A DNA stretch of 64,000 nucleotides, taken from positions 8,723-72,722 of the IMG/VR virus record IMGVR_UViG_3300037468_000371, one strand, 5' to 3'. The notes below the pieces were generated by a model. That model was given only the letters and a program-made list of their open reading frames with translations. It had not been told where the DNA came from and ran no database searches. The stretch comes from a virus. The position numbers were made by a program, and so were the translations under genes. Positions 57,840 to 64,000 of this stretch are shown piece by piece; within the stretch, counting starts at the first letter, position 1, and each line of letters begins with the position of its first letter.

Positions 57840-58217
57840 TCAGTCACCTCCCGTGTCGATCGCATCACGGACCTCTTCGAGCAGGTCCAGCACCTCGTAC
57901 AGCACCGTGCGCTTCCGCGTGGATCCGCCCGTCAGCGCGAATTCGCTCGGGCTCAGGCCCATCGCACCCATCGCGTTCTCGGTCAGCGCGTCGGCGCTGT
58001 CCCACGACGTCGTCGCCAGCAGCGCGTCAGCGCACTGCGCCGGCTGGCGGGCGTCGAAGAACTCGGCTCGGAACCACGGCTTCATCCGGTCCGATCGGTC
58101 GGCCGCCACCACGATCCTGATGTGATCGGAGGCGAACTGCCCGTTCATCGCGTCACGCCGCGGTAGCTTGACGATCCGCTCGCGGAACAGGAACCTTCTC
58201 TTCGCCGCTGCGGTCAT
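57840..58217 (-). CDS. Hypothetical protein
   Basis: RBS GGAGGAG, ATGA coupling. Confidence 0.55.
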   Translation of the reverse strand: MTAAAKRRFLFRERIVKLPRRDAMNGQFASDHIRIVVAADRSDRMKPWFRAEFFDARQPAQCADALLATTSWDSADALTENAMGAMGLSPSEFALTGGSTRKRTVLYEVLDLLEEVRDAIDTGGD

Positions 58218-58561
58218 CGCTGCTCCTCCCCCCAAGCCAGCTCGCCCATCATGTCCTCGGCTCCCTGCCGGACCCACTTGATCCCGAGCAGCGCCTCGCC
58301 CACGCGACGGATCCGGTCGTTGCTTTCGGTCGACATCCCGCCGATCATGCCGTAGCAGATCAGCGCCATCGTCACGACCGCCTCCTCCAGCTCGTCGGCC
58401 GACTCCAGGCTCATGATCACGTCGGCTACGGCGTCGATCCTGCGGCAGCGAGCAAACCCGCGCTCGCGCTCTTCGGTCACGGCCCACTCGCGGCGTCGGA
58501 GTTCGGCCTCGGCGGCCAACTGCGCCACGGCGGCCGGGTACTTCTCTCGTGCGGTCATCAT
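58214..58561 (-). CDS. Hypothetical protein
   Basis: RBS AAGGAG. Confidence 0.6.
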   Translation of the reverse strand: MMTAREKYPAAVAQLAAEAELRRREWAVTEERERGFARCRRIDAVADVIMSLESADELEEAVVTMALICYGMIGGMSTESNDRIRRVGEALLGIKWVRQGAEDMMGELAWGEEQR

Positions 58562-58591
58562 GTCTGCGGTCTCCTTGCTGTTCGTGCTGCG

Positions 58592-58819
58592 TCACTTCCC
58601 ACAGGTCGGGCACGGCGGAAGGCTGATCCGCTGCGCCCAGTAGCTCGCCATCTTCGCGCACATCTCCGGAGCCATCGGCCGGCGATGCACTCGCGAGCCG
58701 GGTCCCTTCGGTCCGACCGTCACGGTCTCGGTCCGCGTGTGGCCGCAAGGCCAGATCCACCGGAACCGCGATCCGCCGAGGTACTCGCCTCGGCCCGATA
58801 CCGTCCGTCGCGGCTTCAT
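58592..58819 (-). CDS. Hypothetical Zn-ribbon-like protein
   Basis: CGH...CPTC; RBS AGGAGG. Confidence 0.55.
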   Translation of the reverse strand: MKPRRTVSGRGEYLGGSRFRWIWPCGHTRTETVTVGPKGPGSRVHRRPMAPEMCAKMASYWAQRISLPPCPTCGK

Positions 58820-58942
58820 CTAGAACCTCCTGCCCCGGCGGCATTCGATCGCGTCCACGACCGTCCAGATCAGGCACCCGATCGAGCCGAGTGCGATCAG
58901 GGCGATGATCCCGAGTCCGTAGGCTGCGTACAGGTCGGTCAT
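58820..58942 (-). CDS. Small single-TM peptide (40 aa)
   Basis: MTDLYAAYGLGIIALIALGSIGCLIWTVVDAIECRRGRRF. Confidence 0.45.
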   Translation of the reverse strand: MTDLYAAYGLGIIALIALGSIGCLIWTVVDAIECRRGRRF

Positions 58943-58947
58943 CGCCG

Positions 58948-59337
58948 TCAGTCCATCCGGCTCATCGGGATCGCTCGGATCCCCGCTTCCGTCAGCGTCC
59001 GGGCGTAGGCGTGCGCGTACGACTCCTTGCGCGTAATCGACTGCCCGTACTCGTGGACCCAGATCGTGACGCCTCCGTAGTACCCGTCCGGTCGGGCCAG
59101 TCCGTGCTTCTTCAGCCAGTTCGCGAAAGGTCCGTTGCCTGGCTTGATGTTCACCCACGCGAATCCGCACGGGCCCTCGGGCACGATCCACTGCTTGCGG
59201 ATCGGGCTCGCGTCGTCGAGCATGTCCGTGTGCTCCGACACGATCATCGTCGGCGGCGTCACACCCGTCGCTGCGGCGTGGCCGGCGGCGGCCGCGCGGT
59301 CATGCAGGGCTTGCCAGTCCTGCTTCTGGTAGCTCAC
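58948..59337 (-). CDS. Widespread phage early protein
   Basis: GPCGFAWV...QSITRKE.YA.AYA..L...GI....SRMD. Confidence 0.7.
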   Translation of the reverse strand: MSYQKQDWQALHDRAAAAGHAAATGVTPPTMIVSEHTDMLDDASPIRKQWIVPEGPCGFAWVNIKPGNGPFANWLKKHGLARPDGYYGGVTIWVHEYGQSITRKESYAHAYARTLTEAGIRAIPMSRMD

Positions 59338-59358
59338 TCTCTCGCTCCTTTCTATCGG

Positions 59359-59664
59359 TCACTCGTACTGCGGTCGGCCCGGCCGATGGAACATCGCGCG
59401 GGCCGCGTGGGCCGTCAACTTCGTCGTGTGGATGCGGACTCGGCCCGTGCTCAGGACCGAGCTCAGCGGTAGGCCGTCATCCAGATGCGCGAAGCGGCGT
59501 CGCATCTCGCGCCGAACGCGTCGGTTCCGCTTCTTGCCGCGGGCGCGTCGCAGCGCCAGAACGGCCTTGGCGTCGTACCACCAGCCGCCCTCCTCCGGGC
59601 CGCCGTATCCACGCCAGATCTCGTACGCGAGGATCACTCCACGCTTCTTCGTCTCGTTGGTCAT
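59359..59664 (-). CDS. Hypothetical phage protein
   Basis: YGGPEEGGWWYD...SVLS...RPQYE. Confidence 0.7.
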   Translation of the reverse strand: MTNETKKRGVILAYEIWRGYGGPEEGGWWYDAKAVLALRRARGKKRNRRVRREMRRRFAHLDDGLPLSSVLSTGRVRIHTTKLTAHAARAMFHRPGRPQYE

Positions 59665-59676
59665 GTGGTCACCCCG

Positions 59677-60039
59677 TCACCCGAAGACGATCTCGCCGAA
59701 CACCGCCATCTGCAGGAACGCGTCACCCGTGCCCGCGTCGTCGTTCTCCTCGATCACGTCCTGGATGTGCTTCGGGAACGACTGCGCCAGCAGCCTCAGC
59801 CCCTGCCGGCAGTTCTCCTCGTTGAGCAACAGTGGCGTCGGCGCGTTCTCCGGGTCGTAGGGCACGATCTTCAGCGCCCCGCCCGCCATCGGCACTTCGC
59901 TCATGTAGCGGACGGGCGTGTCTGGCTGGCGGGCGACCTTCAGCCCGTTGATCCAGTAGCCGGATCCACCCTCGAAGGCCGAACACAGCAGATCGCTGAT
60001 CCGCTCGTCCGGGATGTCAAACTCCACCTTGACTTTCAT
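59677..60039 (-). CDS. Hypothetical phage protein, downstream of hammerhead C
   Basis: AFEGG.GYW...DA..GD..LQ.AVFGEIVFG; RBS AAAGGAG. Confidence 0.7.
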   Translation of the reverse strand: MKVKVEFDIPDERISDLLCSAFEGGSGYWINGLKVARQPDTPVRYMSEVPMAGGALKIVPYDPENAPTPLLLNEENCRQGLRLLAQSFPKHIQDVIEENDDAGTGDAFLQMAVFGEIVFG

Positions 60040-60069
60040 GGTTGCGGGCTCCTTTCTCGCTACGGTTGG

Positions 60070-60156
60070 TGGCTTGCCTCATCAGGCCGGCGGGCGCCAC
60101 CCGCTCGGCGACCGATCAGGGCGCGGCGGCTTCGCGCGCCCCGATCGGTTATCGGC
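60070..60156 (-). ncRNA. Type II hammerhead ribozyme C (GAUAA core variant)
   Basis: GCC-GAUAA-14-bp stem III-UC^-GCCG-A-GCGGG-UGGCG-CCCGC-CGGC-CUGAUGA-GGC-AAGCCA; GUC site, cut between 60110 and 60109. Confidence 0.8.
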
Positions 60157-60157
60157 A

Positions 60158-60379
60158 TCAGTACCCGTCGAGTCCCATCTCGGCCCGATCAGCGCATCGG
60201 TTGCACTGGTACCCCAGTGCTACGTCAGCCGGCGTCAGGGCGTTCTTCGCTCCGCACGTCGGGCACGGCCGGTTCCTCGGGTTCGACTTCGTCGCGCGCC
60301 GCAGCGCGCTCGTCCCGCCCGGGTCCGCGAACATGCGGCATCGGTCAGCCCACTCCTCGCGATCGTAGTCTTCGTTCAC
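60158..60379 (-). CDS. Small Zn-finger protein
   Basis: FADPGG.SALR...CPTC...YQC..CAD. Confidence 0.65.
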   Translation of the reverse strand: MNEDYDREEWADRCRMFADPGGTSALRRATKSNPRNRPCPTCGAKNALTPADVALGYQCNRCADRAEMGLDGY

Positions 60380-60849
60380 AGCCGTTCCTCCTTCGGGTCG
60401 TTGGCGTTCCACTCCATGAACCGGGCGACCAGCTCGTCCATCACTCGGTCAAACTCGTCCGAATCCTCGATCCGCTGCTCCGGATCGTCCGCGTCGAGTT
60501 CGTCCATGCTCAGCCTCGACGCCAGCAGCTCCATCGCGCTCTCGGCGGCGTGCTCGATGTTCTCCGCGTCCTTCGAGAGCTCCTGGCTCATGTGGATCGG
60601 CACGTCGCTCCCGCCCGCGCCGCTCAGCATTCCGACTGCCGATCCGAACAGCTCCTCGATCAGGTACTCGGCCTTCCGCTGCCATGACGTCTTCAGGACG
60701 AGGCGGCTTCCGCACCGATCGTAGATCAGCACGCGGATCCATCCTTCCGCGACTCGCGCCTCGACCGTCACCCGCAGCGTCGTGTTCTCGCCCGTCGAGG
60801 GCGCCGTCACTGTCACTTCGGCATGCTCTCGCGTCACCGTGTCGCTCAT
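60376..60849 (-). CDS. Hypothetical acidic protein
   Basis: RBS GGAGGAG upstream; acidic C-terminus. Confidence 0.6.
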   Translation of the reverse strand: MSDTVTREHAEVTVTAPSTGENTTLRVTVEARVAEGWIRVLIYDRCGSRLVLKTSWQRKAEYLIEELFGSAVGMLSGAGGSDVPIHMSQELSKDAENIEHAAESAMELLASRLSMDELDADDPEQRIEDSDEFDRVMDELVARFMEWNANDPKEERL

Positions 60850-60854
60850 CTCGA

Positions 60855-61313
60855 TCACTCCTCCCATGTTCCGGTCGTCCAGCTCCGGCGCTCGGCTTCC
60901 GCATCCGCCTCTTCGTCCGACAGGAACGGCGGCTCGATCGCGATCTCGTCGCAGTAGCCCCTGTCACTCAGCTCGTAGTACAGGAACCCGATCAGGCTCT
61001 CCAGGTTCGCGCCATCCAGCGTCCCGTCCGGGTGCATCGTGCGGATCAGCCCCCTGGCCATCGCGCTCACGTCCTGGAGGAAGTCCTCCTCGACCGTGCG
61101 CCAGCGCGTCGTCGCGATCGGCTCGCGATCGTACGGGTTGATCAGCTGCGCCCGTACCTTCGTGCCGATCGAGTTGACCATCACGGTCGGGATCACCGGC
61201 GAGTAGTCGAATGCCGGCGACGTTTCCTGCGTCTTGTCGGTCAGGTACAGCTTCGGTCCGGTCGCGACCGACCGGCCGGTCGTCTCGTCACCCTTGATCA
61301 TCATCGTCGTCAC
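60855..61313 (-). CDS. Hypothetical protein
   Basis: RBS AGGAG; exact start uncertain. Confidence 0.55.
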   Translation of the reverse strand: MTTMMIKGDETTGRSVATGPKLYLTDKTQETSPAFDYSPVIPTVMVNSIGTKVRAQLINPYDREPIATTRWRTVEEDFLQDVSAMARGLIRTMHPDGTLDGANLESLIGFLYYELSDRGYCDEIAIEPPFLSDEEADAEAERRSWTTGTWEE

Positions 61314-61319
61314 TCCTGT

Positions 61320-61463
61320 TCAGCGGCGGCGGCGCTCGATGCGCGGCCGGCCGATGTAGCTCTTCTTCTCGGGAAGGCACAGTGCGATCAGGACGATCAT
61401 CATCGGTGCCCCGACACAGATCACCATCGTGAGCAGGAACTCCATCTCGGTCACGGGCATCAT
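61320..61463 (-). CDS. Small single-TM peptide
   Basis: RBS AAGGAG; hydrophobic core and basic tail. Confidence 0.5.
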   Translation of the reverse strand: MMPVTEMEFLLTMVICVGAPMMIVLIALCLPEKKSYIGRPRIERRRR

Positions 61464-61681
61464 TCGGCGGTCTCCTTGTTCGTGCGTTCGTTGGTCAGCC
61501 ACTCGATCATCGCCTCCTCCAGCCCGATCTCTCGGGCCGCGGCGATCAGGATCGTGCGGGTCGCTTCAATCACCCGTGTGCGATACTCCAGCCCGCGCGC
61601 TGCTCGTTCAGCGGCGCGGCGGGCTCGGCGGCGCGCGTTCCAGCGCGCTCGGATCTGCTCTGCCTGTTCCGGCGTCGTCAC
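61460..61681 (-). CDS. Hypothetical basic protein
   Basis: GTGA coupling. Confidence 0.5.
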   Translation of the reverse strand: MTTPEQAEQIRARWNARRRARRAAERAARGLEYRTRVIEATRTILIAAAREIGLEEAMIEWLTNERTNKETAE

Positions 61682-62058
61682 GACGGGAGACTCACCCGTG
61701 TGATCACCCGGGCCGTCGCGGCCAACCGGCGCCGCACTCGCATCGCGGCCAGCGCCACCGCGCGTCCGTCACCCGTACCGGCCGCCGCGGTCGCCTCGGT
61801 CAGCTCCTCGATCGCGTCCACGGTCGCGCTCAGCTTCTCGAGCACCTCGTCGTTCAGCCGGATCTTGTCCGGCATCCCGATCACGCTCTTCGCGGTCGCG
61901 TACACGGCTCCGAGCGCCGCCCGGGCCGGCGCCACTCGGGCCGGTCCGTTCCGGTCGATCAGGGCCGCGCGGTTGATTGCGTTCTCGAGGTCGCCGGCGC
62001 GGTCGTACAGTTCGGCGGTGCGCCGTCGAAGCCGGCGCGTCTTCAGCTCATCGGTCAT
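61678..62058 (-). CDS. Hypothetical helical protein, downstream of hammerhead B
   Basis: RBS AGGAG before ATG 62058. Confidence 0.65.
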   Translation of the reverse strand: MTDELKTRRLRRRTAELYDRAGDLENAINRAALIDRNGPARVAPARAALGAVYATAKSVIGMPDKIRLNDEVLEKLSATVDAIEELTEATAAAGTGDGRAVALAAMRVRRRLAATARVITRVSLPS

Positions 62059-62077
62059 GGTTGCGGTCTCCTGTTCT

Positions 62078-62156
62078 TGGCTTGCCTCATCAGGCCGGCG
62101 GGCGCCACCCGCTTCGGCGACCGGGCGCCCGCGGCCGCGGGCCACCCGGTTTCGGC
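62078..62156 (-). ncRNA. Type II hammerhead ribozyme B
   Basis: GCC-GAAA-CCGGG..CCCGG-UC^-GCCG-AA-GCGGG-UGGCG-CCCGC-CGGC-CUGAUGA-GGC-AAGCCA; canonical core, cut between 62119 and 62118. Confidence 0.92.
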
Positions 62157-62159
62157 GTG

Positions 62160-62657
62160 TCAGTCCAGGTCCACGTCCGGGAAGGTCAGGCCGGCCGTTC
62201 GGGCGATCGTGTGCGTCAACTGATCGCACATCCGCATCAGTGTCACGAACTGTTCCTCCTGCGCCCGGCGCCCGGCGAACCAGTCGTCCTGCGCGGCCAT
62301 TGCCATGTTCTCTTCGATCACGTCCAGGGCCGCTTGCATCATCGCGCGGGCGTCCGACAGCCGCTCGGCCGGCGGCAGCTTCGCCGGCGTCGCCACCCCG
62401 GTCACTCGCCAGATGCTGTTCAGCTCGACCGGCCCGGTCGTCATCTTCATGAAGCCCTCGACCAGCGCGCTGCGATTCAGGTTCACCTCGCCCGCTTCGA
62501 TCAGCATCGCGGCGGCGTGCGCCGCGGGCTCCGCGGTCACTTCGTCCTCCTGGGCGGCCCACATCATCGCGGTCCAGATCGCGTTCAGCTCGTCATTCGC
62601 CTGCGCGATCGCATCGCCCACGGTCAACTCGACTTCGACCCGTGTGTGTTCGGTCAT
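62160..62657 (-). CDS. Hypothetical protein
   Basis: RBS AGGAG; stop lies 3 nt before hammerhead B. Confidence 0.65.
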   Translation of the reverse strand: MTEHTRVEVELTVGDAIAQANDELNAIWTAMMWAAQEDEVTAEPAAHAAAMLIEAGEVNLNRSALVEGFMKMTTGPVELNSIWRVTGVATPAKLPPAERLSDARAMMQAALDVIEENMAMAAQDDWFAGRRAQEEQFVTLMRMCDQLTHTIARTAGLTFPDVDLD

Positions 62658-62741
62658 TTCAGCGTTCTCCTAGTCCGTACTGCGTTCGGTCTTCGATCAG
62701 CGGCATGCTCACTCGCGCGCGGGCGCGCGCTCGTTCCGCGG

Positions 62742-62954
62742 TCAGGCCATCCCGTTTCGCACGGCGTACTTCAGCTCGGGGCCGAAGTCACTCGTCAGGT
62801 CGTGCATCCAGTCGGGAATCGGCTGCTTCGAACCGATGCCGATCAGGTCTTCCGTCTCGATCACGATCAACTTCGGGCGTCGCTCGGCCGCGCGGCGGCG
62901 TTCGGCTGCATGGCGGGCGCGCTGCATCTTGGTGGCGGCGTTCGTCACGGGCAT
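62742..62954 (-). CDS. Hypothetical protein (70 aa)
   Basis: MPVTNAATK...; purine-rich leader. Confidence 0.45.
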   Translation of the reverse strand: MPVTNAATKMQRARHAAERRRAAERRPKLIVIETEDLIGIGSKQPIPDWMHDLTSDFGPELKYAVRNGMA

Positions 62955-63064
62955 CTTCGTTCTCGCTTTCTGTCTGTCCTTCGTTCGACTACTGCTTCCC
63001 ACCCCGGCGTCGAGGTCGCGCCGGCGGCGTTCCATCTTGGTCAGGCCCGGCCTTTCGGCCGTGG

Positions 63065-63152
63065 CGTTCGCGCGGCCGCGGCCATCGTTCGCGCGGCCGC
63101 GGCGCGTTCTCTCTCGCGCGGCCGCGGCGTTCGTTCGGCCGCGGCGCGTTCG
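63065..63152. repeat. Cluster of about 4 imperfect direct repeats CGTTCGCGCGGCCGCGGC
   Basis: Exact copies at 63065-63082 and 63086-63103; partial copies follow. Confidence 0.75.
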
Positions 63153-63163
63153 GCGGTGCGCGG

Positions 63164-63478
63164 TTACTTCGCGTTCCGCTTCGCGGCGGCCCGCTTCGCG
63201 TTCAGCGTCTGCCCGCCCCACGGCTCGCAGTCGCCGGTCTCGTAGATCACGGTCATCGCTTCCTTCTGGGTCACGATGTGGGCGTCCGCTCGCGCCCACC
63301 ACTCGTCGAGCCACTCGTTGCAGGCCGTCCACTCGATCTCCTCGCAGTCGTCGCACAGGATCTCGTCGCGGTCGCAGTCGCTCGGGTGCGGCCCGCTTTC
63401 CACGTCCGCCGGCGGCCACGCTGCCGGTCGGCCACAGCGCGTGCACTTCGGGCCTCGGTGCTTCTTCTGCTCGGTCAT
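63164..63478 (-). CDS. Cys-rich hypothetical protein, downstream of hammerhead A
   Basis: CTRC...CDDC; RBS AGGAG. Confidence 0.65.
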   Translation of the reverse strand: MTEQKKHRGPKCTRCGRPAAWPPADVESGPHPSDCDRDEILCDDCEEIEWTACNEWLDEWWARADAHIVTQKEAMTVIYETGDCEPWGGQTLNAKRAAAKRNAK

Positions 63479-63504
63479 GGTCGCGTCTCCTGGTCACGTT
63501 CGGT

Positions 63505-63583
63505 TGGCTTGTCATCGTCAGGCCGGCGGGAGCCACCCGCGCGGCGACGCGTCGCGCTCGGATTCGGCGCGGCGCGTTTCGAC
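63505..63583 (-). ncRNA. Type II hammerhead ribozyme A
   Basis: GUC-GAAA-CGCGCCGCGC..GCGCGACGCG-UC^-GCCG-C-GCGGG-UGGCU-CCCGC-CGGC-CUGACGA-U-GAC-AAGCCA; cut between 63546 and 63545. Confidence 0.88.
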
Positions 63584-64000
63584 TTTCGCAGTCGGGCCTG
63601 AAGCTCGCCGCGGCGTGTTCGCGGTCCGGTCAGGTTCCTTCCTTCGTGCGCTCGGGGCTCGGTGGTCGATCGTCTCGTCGATTCGGAGGTCGTATGCTCA
63701 CTCATCATACTTTTCCGATTTGGGCGCGTCGGCTTCGTCGTCGCGGGGCACCGTTCTCTTATCCAGGTCGCCCCGCCCGGTCACTCAGTCCGCGCGGTTC
63801 TCGATCGCTCTTCCCCTACTCTGTCAGGAATCCGATTCCGATTCCGTCTTGTCAATCACGCGCGGGCCGCGCTCATTCGCGGCCCGGTGAAATCGCCCCA
63901 CCCCGGCGCGCCAAAATGGCGCGGCCGGCCAAAATGGCCGGGGGGGCGTAAAAGCGGCGGGCGGACCCCCCCACCCGGGCCGGCGGCCCGGGTGGCGGGG

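Noticed and set aside
63036-63062. Possible fifth hammerhead (GAAA and CUGA close together)
   Set aside because: Reads CUGACCA rather than CUGANGA, and GAAA is just a tetraloop; no three-stem junction.
57173-63583. Dispersed repeats read as a CRISPR array, REP elements or promoters
   Set aside because: Copies are kilobases apart with genes between them, no cas genes are present, and the covarying stems and core nucleotides fit a hammerhead fold.
63475-63708. 77-aa minus-strand ORF
   Set aside because: Runs through hammerhead A with low-complexity Arg-rich translation; more likely a non-coding leader, though not excluded.
63826-63855. TTGACA -35 box on the minus strand
   Set aside because: No acceptable -10 at 16-18 bp spacing (GATTCC or ATTCCT); not supportable as a sigma70 promoter.
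1-64000. tRNA, rRNA, integrase, transposase or reverse transcriptase genes
   Set aside because: None recognised by eye; a tRNAscan or HMM search would be needed to exclude them formally.

Overview
The window is a GC-rich (about 68% by eye) tailed-phage genome segment of siphovirus type. Terminase, portal and capsid genes are not in the window. It has three arms. (1) 1-27.8 kb, + strand: head-tail joining, tail tube, tail chaperone with a -1 frameshift site, 1818-aa tape measure, tail tip and fibre genes, and a probable lysis region. Two sugar-modification cassettes interrupt it: an aminotransferase, a methyltransferase and 4 glycosyltransferases, then a methyltransferase/glycosyltransferase set among the fibre genes. 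(2) 28-44 kb, + strand: replication genes (SNF2 and UvrD helicases, SSB-like protein, VRR-NUC, primase; no DNA polymerase seen). These are interleaved with a thymidine hypermodification pathway (dUMP hydroxymethylase-like, Nmad1, P-loop kinase, 5-hmdU DNA kinase, amino acid:DNA transferase-like, HD hydrolase, GREB1/TAGT-like glycosyltransferase) that unexpectedly contains a myo-inositol-1-phosphate synthase. (3) 44-63.5 kb, - strand: about 50 small early-type ORFs punctuated by four covarying type II hammerhead ribozymes, each with a predicted pseudoknot and each just upstream of a ribosome-binding site. The two most notable systems are the ribozyme-segmented early transcript and the candidate inositol-linked DNA hypermodification. 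All family calls come from motif recognition by eye; no searches were run.
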